From an uncultured Hormoscilla sp. (lineage in GTDB: Bacteria > Cyanobacteriota > Cyanobacteriia > Cyanobacteriales > Desertifilaceae), in NCBI GenBank assembly GCA_963921275.4, contig OZ001293.3:6784001-6848000 (forward strand): a stretch of DNA of 64,000 nt, given 5' to 3'. The position numbers and the translations under genes are program-made. Below are positions 20,454 through 32,223 of this stretch, piece after piece. Below the pieces are notes generated by a model that was given only the letters and a program-made list of their open reading frames with translations, searched no databases and was not told the origin of the DNA. Position 1 is the first letter of the stretch. Every line of letters starts with the position of its first letter.

Positions 20454-21893
20454 ATGGCTACCAGCGTTAAAACCTTAGTAAATCAACCCTACAAGTACGG
20501 CTTCGTCACTGATATTGAAACGGATACCATCCCTCGCGGCTTGAGTGAGGATATGGTGCGCCTGATATCGGCTAAAAAAGAGGAACCGGAATTTATGCTG
20601 GAATTTCGCCTCAAAGCTTACCGCAAGTGGCTGACGATGACAGAACCTACTTGGCCCCATGTCAGCTATCCCCCGATCGACTATCAGGACATTATCTATT
20701 ATTCAGCGCCGAAACAGAAAAAGGAAAAGCTGAATTCTCTCGATGAAGTGGATCCGGCCCTGCTAGAAACCTTCGAGAAGCTGGGTATCCCTTTATCCGA
20801 GCAAAAGCGTCTCTCTAATGTCGCCGTAGATGCCGTCTTCGATAGCGTCTCGATCGCCACCACCTTCAGAGAGAAACTGGCGAAGGAGGGAGTAATCTTT
20901 TGCTCGATCTCGGAAGCGGTAAAGGAATATCCCGAATTGGTCGAGAAGTATCTAGGCAGCGTGGTGCCAGCGGGCGATAATTACTTTGCAGCTCTCAACT
21001 CAGCCGTGTTCAGCGATGGTTCCTTTGTATATATTCCCAAAAATACGAAATGCCCGATGGAGTTGTCCACCTACTTTCGGATCAACAGCGGCGACACGGG
21101 ACAGTTCGAGCGTACACTGATTATCGCTTCCGAAGGCAGTAAAGTTTCCTATCTAGAAGGCTGCACCGCCCCGATGTACGACACCAACCAGTTGCACGCA
21201 GCAGTAGTAGAACTGGTCGCCCTGGATAATGCGGAAATCAAATATTCTACAGTGCAAAACTGGTACGCTGGGGATGCCAACGGCAAGGGTGGGATTTACA
21301 ACTTTGTCACCAAGCGGGGATTGTGTAAAGGGGTCAATTCCAAGATTTCCTGGACCCAGGTAGAAACGGGTTCGGCGATCACCTGGAAATATCCCAGCTG
21401 CGTATTAGTGGGGGATAACTCCGTGGGCGAGTTTTACTCCGTGGCCCTGACCAATAATAAGCAGCAAGCTGACACGGGCACTAAGATGGTGCATATCGGT
21501 AAAAACACTCGCAGCACGATTATTTCCAAGGGCATATCTGCTGGCAACTCCAAGAATAGCTATCGGGGTTTGGTGAAAGTTGGTCCGCAGGCAAAGGGGG
21601 CACGTAACTATTCTCAGTGCGACTCGATGCTAATTGGGGATAACGCCGAGGCGAACACTTTTCCCTATATCCAGGTGCAAGAGAATACTGGTAAGGTAGA
21701 ACACGAAGCTTCAACCTCCAAGATTGGAGAAGACCAACTGTTCTATTTTGCTCAACGGGGCATTTCGGCAGAAGACGCTGTTTCGATGATGATTAGTGGT
21801 TTCTGTAAGGATGTATTCAATCAGTTGCCGATGGAATTTGCTGTGGAAGCTGACCGGTTGTTGAGCCTGAAGTTAGAAGGTTCGGTTGGGTAA
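20454..21893 (+). CDS. sufB: Fe-S assembly scaffold SufB
   Basis: [14 protein letters not shown] and EHEASTS motifs. Confidence 0.99.
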   Translation: MATSVKTLVNQPYKYGFVTDIETDTIPRGLSEDMVRLISAKKEEPEFMLEFRLKAYRKWLTMTEPTWPHVSYPPIDYQDIIYYSAPKQKKEKLNSLDEVDPALLETFEKLGIPLSEQKRLSNVAVDAVFDSVSIATTFREKLAKEGVIFCSISEAVKEYPELVEKYLGSVVPAGDNYFAALNSAVFSDGSFVYIPKNTKCPMELSTYFRINSGDTGQFERTLIIASEGSKVSYLEGCTAPMYDTNQLHAAVVELVALDNAEIKYSTVQNWYAGDANGKGGIYNFVTKRGLCKGVNSKISWTQVETGSAITWKYPSCVLVGDNSVGEFYSVALTNNKQQADTGTKMVHIGKNTRSTIISKGISAGNSKNSYRGLVKVGPQAKGARNYSQCDSMLIGDNAEANTFPYIQVQENTGKVEHEASTSKIGEDQLFYFAQRGISAEDAVSMMISGFCKDVFNQLPMEFAVEADRLLSLKLEGSVG

Positions 21894-21909
21894 AGATTAA
21901 CTTTAATCT

Positions 21910-22070
21910 GGTTCCCAGGCAGATCCTGGGAACCAAGTATGAGGCTCCCACCTCTAGTCACTCTCTGGTTTTCTGTCAGCATATGTGGGGAGGCAGAGCC
22001 TCAAAAAGAACGTTCCCAGGCGGGAGCCTGGGAACGAGAAAAATGATGGCTCCCGCCAGGGAACGAGAAA
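21910..22070. repeat. GTTCCCAGG/CCTGGGAAC palindromic repeat cluster
   Basis: Repeated palindromes between sufB and sufC; also near 17460-17500. Confidence 0.7.
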
Positions 22071-22091
22071 ATATATCAGAAGAGGTAAGGA

Positions 22092-22895
22092 ATGATCGTT
22101 GAAAACAGCGAAGTTATTTTGTCTGTCCGGAATTTAAAGGCGGATGTGGATGGTACCCAGATTCTTAAGGGTTTGAATCTGGAAATTAAGGCTGGAGAAA
22201 TCCATGCTATTATGGGACCGAATGGATCGGGAAAGAGTACCTTTTCTAAGGTGTTAGCAGGTCATCCAGCTTACGAGGTAACTGGCGGAGAGGTACTCTT
22301 CAAAGGAGAAAATCTGCTGGAGATGGAACCGGAAGACAGGGCTGTGGCAGGAGTGTTTCTGGCTTTTCAGTATCCGATGGAAATTCCAGGGGTTAGCAAT
22401 CTAGATTTCTTGCGGGTGGCTTACAATTCCCGCCGCAAGCAACAGGGACTGGAAGAGTTAGATGCTTTTGATTTCCAAGATTTGGTAGAAGAAAAGCTAG
22501 AGGTAGTGAAGATGAATCCGGCTTTTTTGAACCGGAGTCTTAATGAGGGCTTTTCTGGTGGAGAGAAGAAGCGGAATGAAATTCTGCAAATGGCTTTACT
22601 GGAACCGACATTGGCAATTCTGGATGAGACAGATTCTGGTTTGGATATTGATGCTTTGAAGATTGTCGCTTTCGGGGTGAACCAGTTGGCAAAACCAGAA
22701 AATGCTACTCTCATGATTACCCACTATCAAAGGTTACTCAATTATATTGTCCCCGACTACGTTCACGTGATGGTAGGTGGACGGATTCTGACTACTGGCG
22801 GGAAGGAATTGGCCCTGGAATTGGAGTCCCGTGGTTATGATTGGGCGATCGCTCCAGATGCAGAAGATGCAGTAAAGGTAGGTGCAGCAGTATGA
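22092..22895 (+). CDS. sufC: Fe-S assembly ATPase SufC
   Basis: [18 protein letters not shown] and DETDSGLD motifs. Confidence 0.99.
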   Translation: MIVENSEVILSVRNLKADVDGTQILKGLNLEIKAGEIHAIMGPNGSGKSTFSKVLAGHPAYEVTGGEVLFKGENLLEMEPEDRAVAGVFLAFQYPMEIPGVSNLDFLRVAYNSRRKQQGLEELDAFDFQDLVEEKLEVVKMNPAFLNRSLNEGFSGGEKKRNEILQMALLEPTLAILDETDSGLDIDALKIVAFGVNQLAKPENATLMITHYQRLLNYIVPDYVHVMVGGRILTTGGKELALELESRGYDWAIAPDAEDAVKVGAAV

Positions 22896-24274
22896 GTATA
22901 GCTTCTGTTGAAAGGATTGTGGATGACTCAAAGCGCGATCGCTATCTGATAGAGTTGCTGCAAGAACGTCGCTCACTGAATACGCAAGCAATGAACGCGG
23001 AAATGACGGCGTGGTTGCAAGCAATTCGAGAACATGCGGCGGTGTTAGTGACGGAAAGTATTTTTCCGACTAAGCGGGATGAAGAATGGCGGTTTACGGA
23101 CTTGTCGCCCTTGTTGGCGGTGGAGTTTGCAGGGGTTAGTGGCGATAAGGTATCCTCTGTCAGGGAATTGAGTCTCGCCGAAGCGGATAGTAGTTGCTTG
23201 GTATTTGTCAATGGCATTTATGCACCGCAGTTGTCGGATGTAAGTGGGTTGCCAGAAAATGTGTTTGTGGGTAATTTGCTGGCAGGCAAGATCCCACAAG
23301 CAGAGTTGAAAAAATATCTGGCCAAGCAACAGGGGGCTGAGGAGGTATTTACATTACTTAACACGGCGAGTCTGACGGATGCGGCTATAGTTTGGGTGCC
23401 GAAAAATCAGGTAGTTTCGCAACCTATTCATTTGCTGTTTATCTCAACTAGGGGCGAGGTGGCGACTATTTCTCAGCCTCGCTGTCTGGTGGTAGCGGAA
23501 GCGGGTAGTAGTTTAACCATAGTTGAAGATTACACCGCAGCGGCGAATTGCCCGGATGCCCTGCTTCAGAACCCCTATTTCACTAATACAGTGACGGAAA
23601 TTTGGGTGGGGGAAAATGCTGAGGTCAACCACACGAGAGTGCAACGAGAAGCTGGCGTGGCTTTTCATATTGGTAAAAGCGCGATCGCCCAAGCCCGGGA
23701 TAGCCGCTATACTTGTAATGCCATTAGCTTGGGGGCCAGGTTATCTCGGCATAATCTGGAAGTATGGCAAAATGGTGAGGGTACTCAGACAACTCTCAAT
23801 GGCTTGACCCAGATTTCGGGCCAACAGCTGGCAGATACCCATAACGCGATCAGCTACAATCATGCCAATGGAACTAGCAAGCAGCTGCATAAGTGCATTG
23901 TAGATGGCAAAGCCCATGCAGTCTTTAACGGCAAAATCTTTGTCCCCAAACCCGCCCAGCTAACAGATGCGGCACAGTTAAATCGTAACTTATTACTGTC
24001 GCCTCAAGCCCGGGTGGATACTAAGCCTCAGCTAGAGATTACTGCTGATAATGTCAAATGCGCTCACGGTGCCACTGTCGGTCAGCTAGACCCAGAGGAG
24101 GTATTTTATCTGCAAAGTCGCGGTTTAAACCGGGAAACTAGCCGCAATTTGCTAGTTGATGCATTTGCTGGAGAAATTCTCGATCGCATTCCCGTGGCTT
24201 CCTTAAAGATAAGCCCCCACGCCCGAACCCTAAAGGGTCCGGCTACACGAACAAATCCCGCCTGCGCGGGCTAA
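22892..24274 (+). CDS. sufD: Fe-S assembly protein SufD
   Basis: EEWRFTDL and [18 protein letters not shown] motifs; ATGA overlap with sufC; last ~20 codons look repeat-derived. Confidence 0.96.
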   Translation: MSIASVERIVDDSKRDRYLIELLQERRSLNTQAMNAEMTAWLQAIREHAAVLVTESIFPTKRDEEWRFTDLSPLLAVEFAGVSGDKVSSVRELSLAEADSSCLVFVNGIYAPQLSDVSGLPENVFVGNLLAGKIPQAELKKYLAKQQGAEEVFTLLNTASLTDAAIVWVPKNQVVSQPIHLLFISTRGEVATISQPRCLVVAEAGSSLTIVEDYTAAANCPDALLQNPYFTNTVTEIWVGENAEVNHTRVQREAGVAFHIGKSAIAQARDSRYTCNAISLGARLSRHNLEVWQNGEGTQTTLNGLTQISGQQLADTHNAISYNHANGTSKQLHKCIVDGKAHAVFNGKIFVPKPAQLTDAAQLNRNLLLSPQARVDTKPQLEITADNVKCAHGATVGQLDPEEVFYLQSRGLNRETSRNLLVDAFAGEILDRIPVASLKISPHARTLKGPATRTNPACAG

Positions 24275-24300
24275 TAGGTATCTCCAACATGCCAAGGATG

Positions 24301-24392
24301 AGCCATTCGCAATCAGCCATTCACAATTTTCAATTAGCCATTAGCGATTAGCCATTAGCCATTCACAATTAGCCATTCCCAATTCACCATTT
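24301..24392. repeat. Degenerate heptamer tandem repeat (AGCCATT/CACAATT)
   Basis: STRR-type array between sufD and sufS; a similar (CAATTAA/CAATTGA) array lies at 32174-32215. Confidence 0.75.
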
Positions 24393-24401
24393 GCAAAGAT
24401 T

Positions 24402-25667
24402 ATGATGACTCTCACTCAGGAAATAACTATTGCTGCATTAACTCGCGGTGACTTCCCTATTTTGCAGCAGGAAGTTAATGGTAAACCTCTGGTTTATCTG
24501 GATAATGCTGCTACTTCCCAAAAGCCGATCGCTGTTTTAAATACTTTGCGGGATTATTACTCGGAGTATAATTCTAACGTGCATCGAGGCGTTCATACCC
24601 TCAGCGCCAAGGCAACAGATGCTTATGAGGGGACGCGGGATAAAATTGCCAATTTTATCCATGCTGCGGTGCCGGAAGAAATTGTTTACACCCGCAATGC
24701 TAGTGAAGCGATTAATTTAGTCGCCTACAGTTGGGGCTTGAATAATTTACAAAAGGGAGATGAAATTATCCTCTCGCTGATGGAACATCACAGTAATTTG
24801 ATTCCCTGGCAGATGATTGCTCAAAAAACTGGTGCAGTGCTCAAGTTTGTGGAACTGACTGCTAATGAGGAATTAGATTTAGATCATTTTAAGTCTCTGG
24901 TTTCCGATAAGACAAAACTGGTGGCTGTGGTTCATGTTTCTAATACGCTCGGTTGTATTAATCCCGTACATAAAATTTGTGCGATCGCTCATCAATATGG
25001 GGCAAAAGTGTTAATTGATGCTTGCCAAAGTATCCCCCATATGGTAGTTGACGTGCAGGCGATTGACTGTGACTGGCTGGTGGCTTCCGGACATAAGATG
25101 TGCGCCCCCACGGGCATTGGGTTCCTGTATGGAAAACGGGAATTACTGCGATCTATGCCGCCATTTTTGGGCGGTGGCGAGATGATTGCCGACGTGTTTC
25201 TGGAACATGCTACCTATGCAGATGTGCCCCATAAGTTTGAGGCGGGAACTCCGGCCATTGGAGAGACGATCGCCTTGGGTGCAGCGGTAGATTACCTGAC
25301 AAACATTGGCATGGAGAAAATTCACACCTACGAAGCCGAATTGACAGCTTATTTATTCGAGCAATTGGGTAAAATACCGGAAGTGCAAGTTTACGGACCG
25401 CAACCGAAAGCTAATGGGGAAGGAAGGGCTGCATTAGCATCATTTACAGCTGGAGACGTTCACCCCCACGACCTGTCTACAATTTTAGACCAAGCTGGGG
25501 TAGCAATTCGGGCAGGACATCATTGCACGCAGCCATTACATCGGGCCTTGGGGGTGCAGTCAACTGCCAGGGCGAGTTTGTATTTCTACAACACCCGGGA
25601 AGAAATTGACCTCTTCATCGCCGCATTGCAGGAAGCTGTAGAGTTTTTTGGCAGCATTTTCGGTTAA
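24402..25667 (+). CDS. sufS: Cysteine desulfurase SufS
   Basis: [16 protein letters not shown] and RAGHHC motifs. Confidence 0.99.
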   Translation: MMTLTQEITIAALTRGDFPILQQEVNGKPLVYLDNAATSQKPIAVLNTLRDYYSEYNSNVHRGVHTLSAKATDAYEGTRDKIANFIHAAVPEEIVYTRNASEAINLVAYSWGLNNLQKGDEIILSLMEHHSNLIPWQMIAQKTGAVLKFVELTANEELDLDHFKSLVSDKTKLVAVVHVSNTLGCINPVHKICAIAHQYGAKVLIDACQSIPHMVVDVQAIDCDWLVASGHKMCAPTGIGFLYGKRELLRSMPPFLGGGEMIADVFLEHATYADVPHKFEAGTPAIGETIALGAAVDYLTNIGMEKIHTYEAELTAYLFEQLGKIPEVQVYGPQPKANGEGRAALASFTAGDVHPHDLSTILDQAGVAIRAGHHCTQPLHRALGVQSTARASLYFYNTREEIDLFIAALQEAVEFFGSIFG

Positions 25668-25719
25668 AATGGTAGGGTGGGCAATGCCCACCTTCCTGTC
25701 GCTATATGGTGAAAAATTA

Positions 25720-26557
25720 ATGCAAAAATTACCTCAAGAGATGAAATTGCTAACCTACGTGCTGTGGGGATATGTTCTTCTTGCAAGCATACTCGTCAAT
25801 TTGAAATTGATTAAAGAGGAATTGGTTGCAGTAGGATTTTTGACTATTACACCGCTAGCAATAATCCTAGCATGGATGTTTACTAGTAAAAATAGTATCT
25901 TCTATGCAGTACGCGACGGAAATATTGATACAGTTAGAAAATATCTAGAACGGAGATGTTAATGCAGCAAAAGATACAGATGGCTATACTATGCTGCACT
26001 TAGCAGCGCAAGACGGGCATCAGGAAATAGTAGCACTACTGATAGCTAACAGTGCCGATGTGAATGCCAAAAGAAATGATGGCGCTACTCCACTGCATTG
26101 GGCAGTAGGTAATGGTCACTCAGAGGTAGTAAATTTGCTAATCCAGCAAGGGGCAGATGTTAACGAAAAAGATGATAATGGCTGTATTTCACTGCATTTA
26201 GTACCAGTTAAAGGGATAACAGATATGGCACTGTTGCTGATTGAAAACGGTGCCGAAGTTAATGCGAAAACAAATAACAACTATACCCCACTTCACTTAA
26301 CTGTAGCCTGTAACGCCGATCAAATAGCAGCTTTATTAATCGATAATGGCGCAGAGGTAGATGCCCAGGATAAAAATGAAAACACGCCACTACATTGGGC
26401 AGCAAGCAGAGGTCTAACAGATATAGCAACGCTGCTACTCGATCGTGGCGCAGATGTTAATGCTAGGACTAATAATGGTAAAACTCCACTGCAACTAGCG
26501 TTAGACGCCAACCACTCGCAGCTGGCAGAACTACTCAGAAGTTATGGCGAAACCTAG
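25720..26557 (+). pseudogene. Membrane-anchored ankyrin-repeat protein, frameshifted near 25955
   Basis: Two hydrophobic segments, then about 6-7 TPLH ankyrin repeats split across two frames. Confidence 0.8.
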
Positions 26558-26613
26558 GGTTGGCAATTTCAGATGTAGTTAAAATGACTCTGTGTTACAA
26601 TTAAGGTAAATCA

Positions 26614-26895
26614 ATGGAAATTTAGAGCGAGTCTCATACCCGGGAACGGGCGGAAGAACGCGGTACTACTGAAGACGAAATTAGAGATGCGATCCTCACA
26701 GGGTTTTCTATCCTGGGTAAGCGTGGGCGATTGCGCAGCGCGCACGCTTCGCGATTGGGCAAGGGCAAAATCTATGAATTTAACCAAACGAGAAACGGCA
26801 AATACTACGAGGAAAAGCGGGTGGAGGTTTTCTATGTGATCGAGGACAATGTCATAATAACTGTGACAGTATACGTATTTTATGGAAAGTGGTAA
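26614..26895 (+). pseudogene. DUF4258-like toxin with an early stop and a 24-nt insertion
   Basis: MEI*SESHTRERAEERGTTEDEI...VIITVTVY. Confidence 0.7.
26730..26753 (+). mobile_element. 24-nt micro-insertion at GCG^ATTG
   Basis: ATTGCGCAGCGCGCACGCTTCGCG with GCGATTG repeated at both ends; related sequence near 6941. Confidence 0.6.
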
Positions 26896-26896
26896 A

Positions 26897-27240
26897 ATGC
26901 AGATTATCTACAACACCAAGTCAGATTGACTTTACCTGCAGATGAGCGCAAGCAGCAGGTGACTAACCAGGGAAGAAGTTGTGGCGTTGCACAATCACGG
27001 GATGATGGGTCTCTTTGCATAAGTCTTAAACGTAGACTATAAGCCACTTTCAGTTATGTGCAAACAATGACATCATCCCCAAAATGTGCAACAGTTGTCT
27101 TAGATATTGGGGAAAATGATAAGATTGTAGGCATTGAGATTCTGGATGCTTCCCAGAATGTGAATTTGTCAAGTCTGTTGCTGGTGAACCAGGAAGTTGT
27201 TTATCAGAGGATAGATACTCCTGCGATCCAATTAACTTAA
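26897..27240 (+). pseudogene. DUF2283-like antitoxin interrupted by a MITE
   Basis: MQIIYNTKSD... at the 5' end and VVLDIGENDKIVGIEILDAS at the 3' end. Confidence 0.75.
26983..27092. mobile_element. IS1-derived MITE
   Basis: GGCGTTGCACAATCACGGGATGAT...ATCATCCCCAAAATGTGCAAC; AGTTGT repeated on both sides. Confidence 0.8.
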
Positions 27241-27484
27241 CTGCTGTATCCTCGTCCGGTGTCTCTCGGGTAGTGCGAATACGATATCTCCGGAGTAGTG
27301 CGAATGGCGCTTTCCGGAGACATCGAGATCCCGAGAGACACCGCCCGCCTGTCCTACTTCTAGGGGCGATCGCATCCGGGAGATCGATCTGCTTGAATTA
27401 AAAAACCTGTTTTCTGGCCTGGGTTTCCGAGTTTTGTCCTGGGAAACCGGTTTCAGAAATCGCTATCGAGCAACGGGAGCCCTG

Positions 27485-27942
27485 GTGACTACCTACTTCT
27501 TGGATACCAGCGCGATATTCAAACACTATGTTACGGAAATCAGCACTTCCTGGATCCGATCGCTGACTGCCCCGGATACTGGCAACATAATATATATTGC
27601 CGAAATCACCAGAGTAGAAATAATTAGCGCCCTAGCACACGCTACGCTGTTATCGGGAAGGAAGTCAGTCTGCTGCTTAGGTGAACCGGATTATCTCAAT
27701 CCTTCGCATTCACCTCGCTAACCAGTATGATCGAGCCCTGCGAAATGCTCCTAGAATTAGCAGGATTACTGCTATTAGTACATCCGCTGCGTGCCTATGA
27801 TGCCGTACAATTGGCATCGGCAATGTTAGCCCAATTCCGTCTGGAAACGGCATCTCTGGTATTTCTGACGGCGGACGATCGCCTGCTGACGGCGGCGGCG
27901 GCGGAAGGCTTGCTGACGGATAATCACAATCTCCACCCCTAA
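27485..27942 (+). pseudogene. PIN-domain (VapC-like) toxin, disrupted
   Basis: YFLDTSAIFKHY and HPLRAYDAVQLASA...FLTADDRL in separate ORFs. Confidence 0.78.
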
Positions 27943-28019
27943 ACCCGATCGCAAATCAGCCCGCGTGGCTGTACCGGTGGCGGCCTCGGGTCAGGAAAAA
28001 AAATTTTTTGCTCTAGGGG

Positions 28020-28048
28020 TTGACGAATCAGAAAAAATGCGTCATGAT
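28020..28048 (+). promoter_or_regulatory. Sigma70-type promoter for tRNA-Leu
   Basis: TTGACG-17 bp-CATGAT. Confidence 0.65.
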
Positions 28049-28079
28049 GGTTAGGGGCAGTGAAAACTGCACTAGATAA

Positions 28080-28163
28080 GCGGAACTGGCGGAATTGGTA
28101 GACGCGCTAGATTCAGGTTCTAGTGTCCGCAAGGACTTCGGGGTTCAAGTCCCCGGTTCCGCA
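28080..28163 (+). tRNA. trnL: tRNA-Leu(CAG)
   Basis: GCGGAAC/GTTCCGC acceptor stem, CTAGA-TTCAGGT-TCTAG anticodon arm, long variable arm, GGTTCAAGTCC T arm; CCA not encoded. Confidence 0.97.
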
Positions 28164-28164
28164 T

Positions 28165-28980
28165 ATGATATTGACCAGTCTGAAAAACCCCCTGGTAAAG
28201 CAACTCAGAAAGCTGCACCAGGCTAAAGGGCGTCGCGAACAGCAGTTGTTTCTGCTGGAAGGCACCCATTTGCTGGAAGTCGCCTGTGCTGTGGATTATC
28301 CCCTAGTGACGGTTTGTTGCACGACCGATTGGTTGGCACGTCATGGCCCCCTCTGGGAAAATGCCTGCCGACAGTGCCAGCGCACCGAGTTAGTCTCTCC
28401 TGAGGTGATGCAGGCGATCGCCACCACCGTCCATCCCGATGGGGTGGTGGCCACGGCCCAGCCGCGATCGCAATCGGTGACGCTGCCGACCAGATTGGGG
28501 TTAGCATTGGAAAAAGTCCAAGACCCTGGCAACTTAGGTACAACGATCAGAACTGCGGTAGCTGCCGGTGCAGAGGGTTTGTGGCTGAGTGCCGACAGCG
28601 TGGATATTCACCATCCCAAGCTATTGCGGGCCTCAGCAGGTGAATTGTTCCGGTTGCCAGTCGCCGTCAGTCCCGACTTAAAAGATATCGTCGAAAGCTG
28701 CCAACGGCAGGGAATACAGGTGGTGGCAACATCTTCCCTAGCTGATAATATTTACTGGGAAATAGACTTGAGCTGTCCGACGCTGATTTTGCTGGGCAAT
28801 GAAGGTGCCGGTTTATCCCCTGATTTGGCAGCTTTGGCAGATCGGCAAGCGAAAATTCCCCTAGCTGGTGGGGTAGAGTCCTTAAATGTGGCGATCGCCG
28901 CTGCCTTAGTTCTGTACGAGGCCCAACGCCAAGGCCGGATAATCGGCAACTCGGTCTGGAAAAACAATCACGGAATTTGA
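28165..28980 (+). CDS. TrmH/SpoU family RNA methyltransferase
   Basis: QDPGNLGT, LGNEGAGL and ESLNVAIA motifs. Confidence 0.95.
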   Translation: MILTSLKNPLVKQLRKLHQAKGRREQQLFLLEGTHLLEVACAVDYPLVTVCCTTDWLARHGPLWENACRQCQRTELVSPEVMQAIATTVHPDGVVATAQPRSQSVTLPTRLGLALEKVQDPGNLGTTIRTAVAAGAEGLWLSADSVDIHHPKLLRASAGELFRLPVAVSPDLKDIVESCQRQGIQVVATSSLADNIYWEIDLSCPTLILLGNEGAGLSPDLAALADRQAKIPLAGGVESLNVAIAAALVLYEAQRQGRIIGNSVWKNNHGI

Positions 28981-29442
28981 AGAATTTTATAGCCCAAGGC
29001 AGATGAGGGCTGTCGCCCTCACAGGGAATTGACTCGCGATGTATTAGTATTAAGGGGTTGTAGAGGAAAAAAGATGAAAACAGCTAACTCAAGTTGCTAC
29101 CTATTAAAATTTATACGTCCCAGACAGCCATTTTTTGCAAATATATCAGAAAAAATGCCATTTTAGGGTAAGTCACAAGGCAATTTTTGCTGATTTTTGC
29201 TGATTTTGGTGTTGAGGTTCTATAGGTAGCAACTTAGGTAAACAGCTACAGCAGGAAAAATAAAATCTCTGACTAGAGGAACAGCAGTGCGGCTGCTGGG
29301 GATCTTCGTCGCCAGTGGAGAGGCGATCGCCTTAAGCTTTGAAGCTCAATTCGCTAAGGAATTGGGGTACAGTGGAGAGCAAGTGGGGTCTAATGGATTG
29401 GAGGTATAAATCAAGCCGCTGTTAACAACAGCGGGAGATCCA

Positions 29443-29761
29443 TCAGGGCGACTCAGGAGGACCAACCTTCATTGATGGAGCGATCGCTGGGATTACTTCC
29501 TTTGGTAACCGGTTGGAATATAGTGATGATAGTGCTTCCTCTGACATTGACAATATCTTGAATTATTCTTTCGGAGAGTTTACTTTTGATACCCGCGTGT
29601 TATCCTACGCTGATTGGATCGACAATATTCTCAATGAGTGGTACAGTAATAACAACCCAGGAGATGGCAGTCCAGGAGATGGGGGCACTCCAGTTAGCGT
29701 ACCAGAACCCAGTACGCTAGCTGGACCCAGACCTGCCCACTTGGCGCAGGTCTCCTGCTAA
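29443..29761 (+). pseudogene. C-terminal remnant of a trypsin-like protease with a PEP-CTERM signal
   Basis: GDSGGPTFIDGAIAGITSFG...YADWID...VPEPSTLAG; no N-terminus and no TM tail. Confidence 0.7.
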
Positions 29762-29866
29762 GAGGGAAAAGCGTCGGTCTGATCAAAACAGATCGGAAGG
29801 CTAGAGGCCTGATGTCAATTGCAAATTGTTAATCACGAATAGATTCAGGGAATTAACAATCAACAA

Positions 29867-30130
29867 TTAAAAATCCTCATGGCCTGACTCGGAGTGCTGG
29901 GAATTGATAAATTCCTCAATGTCTGCTACAGCTGCTTCTAAGGCACCAGCATCGATCAGTGCTGGTGCTGGAGTTTAGTGGGGGCGATCGCCAGTTCGGT
30001 CGCGAGGCCAGGTAGTTTTTGCTTTCGGCATTTCTTTTTCATCAGCAAGCAGTGTTTCCTGCAATTGGTCCAGGGAGTTAAGAAACTATTTTTGGGCAGA
30101 AACACGCAGATGTTGTTCTTCTTGATTCAT
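29867..30130 (-). pseudogene. Small hypothetical protein with two in-frame stops
   Basis: 88-codon frame MNQEEQHLR...ALEAAVADIEEFI with internal TAG and TAA. Confidence 0.55.
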
Positions 30131-30162
30131 AATGGATTGACTCCAGTATAATAAAAAACATT

Positions 30163-30332
30163 GGCGTTGCACATTTTTGGGATGATAGCAGCCAATTGTT
30201 GAAAATTTCACTTTGGCTAATTGCTAATTGAAAAAAGTAAATACATCTATTCATGACCCAAAATGACTATCGAGATTAACCTTTGAGTATTAGCAATTAG
30301 CAAGCATTATCATCCCGGAGTTGTGCAACGTC
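30163..30332. mobile_element. IS1-derived MITE
   Basis: GGCGTTGCACATTTTTGGGATGAT / ATCATCCCGGAGTTGTGCAACG ends. Confidence 0.85.
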
Positions 30333-30427
30333 ACATTAAAGTTGGCCTAAGTTGCATGGATATAGCAGCACCGATAGATTTTGCGATCGCTTGAGCACAC
30401 AGGTATGGTAACGTACCCAGAAAAAAA

Positions 30428-30569
30428 CGTTGCACATTTTTGGGATGATAGCAGTCATGGTTGAAAATTGAAAAGCGGTTATTTGTCTATTCATGAACAT
30501 CTATAACTATTTAAATTGACCATTGACAATTAATAATTTTCAACCCTTATCATCCCGGAGTTGTGCAAC
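30428..30569. mobile_element. IS1-derived MITE
   Basis: Same terminal inverted repeats; internal sequence resembles 51215-51375. Confidence 0.8.
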
Positions 30570-30681
30570 ACGCTACGCTAAAAACAATTGCAGGTGACTG
30601 GTAGAATAACCTCATGCCTGGTATGCGGGAGGGATTACCTTCGGCTAAGATAAAAGGCGATCGGGCTTGGTGGAGTTGAAG

Positions 30682-32130
30682 ATGTCTCAAGATTTTGATT
30701 ACGATTTGGCGATTATCGGTGCAGGGGTGGGCGGACATGGTGCTGCGATACATGCTGTCAGCTGCGGACTGCACGTGGCAATAATGGAAGCAGGAGAGAT
30801 GGGAGGAACCTGTATTAATCGCGGTTGCATTCCCTCAAAAGCCCTGCTGGCAGCAGCAGGACGGGTGCGAGAACTGCATGATGCCCACCATCTCAAAACT
30901 TTGGGCATACAAATAGCCGGTGTGGAGTTCGACCGCCAGGCGATCGCGGACCATGCGGGTAACATCGTTAGCAAAATACGGGGGGACATGACTAATAGTC
31001 TCAAACGCCTGGGGGTAGATACGATCAAAGGTTGGGGTAAGCTAGCGGGTCCGCAAAAGGTAACAGTGGCCACGGATGCAGGGGAGAAAACCATTACGGC
31101 CAAAGATATCATCCTGGCACCGGGTTCGGTCCCCTGGGTACCTCCAGGGATTGAAATAGATGGCAAAACAGTCTTTACTAGCGATGATGCCTTGAAGCTA
31201 GACTGGCTACCACCTTGGGTGGCGATTATCGGCAGCGGCTATATTGGCTTGGAGTTTTCCGACATCTACACCGCCTTAGGCTGCGAAATTACCATGATCG
31301 AAGCCCTAGACCAGCTGATGCCAGCTTTTGACCCGGATATTGCTAAGTTGGCCAAGCGCGTGCTGATCGATCCTCGTGATATAGAAACTAAGGTGGGCAT
31401 GCTGGCGAAAAAGGTGACTCCGGGTTCGCCAGTAGTAATTGAACTGGCAGATGCGAAAACGGAAGAAGTGGTAGAGGTTCTAGAAGTAGATGCTTGTCTG
31501 GTGGCGACGGGACGCATCCCCGTGGCTAAAAACATGGGGTTGGAATTATTAGGTGTGGAACTGGACCGCAAAGGCTTTATTCCCGTTAATGGCAAAATGG
31601 CAGTGTTGGCGGACGGCGAACCCGTACCCCATTTGTGGGCCATTGGCGACGCAACTGGTAAGATGATGCTGGCCCACGCGGCATCGGCCCAAGGCATTAC
31701 GGTGGTGGAAAATGTTTGCAGGCGCGAACGCTGCGCGAAAAATCAGGAAGTAGACTATAGCAGTATCCCCGCAGCAGCCTTTACTCATCCAGAAATTAGC
31801 TATGTGGGTATGACTGAACCTCAAGCCAAGGAATTGGGTGCAGTCGTGGGATTTGAAGTGGCCTCAGTACGGACCTACTTTAAGGGTAACTCTAAGGCGA
31901 TCGCCTCTGGGGAAACGGACGGGATAGCCAAAGTTATCTATCGTCAAGATACGGGAAAACTGCTGGGAGTCCACATTCTGGGCGCCCACGCCTCGGATCT
32001 GATCCACGAAGCAGCAGCGGCGATCGCCTCACGTCAGTCAGTTAACACCTTGGGCTATCTAGTTCACGCCCATCCCACCCTCTCAGAAGTCCTGGACGAT
32101 GCCTATAAACGGGCCATGTCTCATGCGTAA
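30682..32130 (+). CDS. lpdA: Dihydrolipoamide dehydrogenase
   Basis: GGTCINRGC redox disulfide and HAHPTLSE motifs. Confidence 0.98.
   Translation: MSQDFDYDLAIIGAGVGGHGAAIHAVSCGLHVAIMEAGEMGGTCINRGCIPSKALLAAAGRVRELHDAHHLKTLGIQIAGVEFDRQAIADHAGNIVSKIRGDMTNSLKRLGVDTIKGWGKLAGPQKVTVATDAGEKTITAKDIILAPGSVPWVPPGIEIDGKTVFTSDDALKLDWLPPWVAIIGSGYIGLEFSDIYTALGCEITMIEALDQLMPAFDPDIAKLAKRVLIDPRDIETKVGMLAKKVTPGSPVVIELADAKTEEVVEVLEVDACLVATGRIPVAKNMGLELLGVELDRKGFIPVNGKMAVLADGEPVPHLWAIGDATGKMMLAHAASAQGITVVENVCRRERCAKNQEVDYSSIPAAAFTHPEISYVGMTEPQAKELGAVVGFEVASVRTYFKGNSKAIASGETDGIAKVIYRQDTGKLLGVHILGAHASDLIHEAAAAIASRQSVNTLGYLVHAHPTLSEVLDDAYKRAMSHA
31727..31741 (+). mobile_element. 15-nt micro-insertion (type B), in frame in lpdA
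   Basis: AACGCTGCGCGAAAA at GCG^ATC; same 15-mer on the minus strand at 54894-54908. Confidence 0.78.
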
Positions 32131-32223
32131 GACGGGCATCTCGCCTGTTCTACGTCAACAGCATCCCCCTTTTAGCAATTGACAATTAACAATTAGCAAT
32201 TGACAATTAACAATGAGTAATTT

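Noticed and set aside
28123..28164. Longer start for the methyltransferase
   Set aside because: It overlaps the tRNA-Leu gene.
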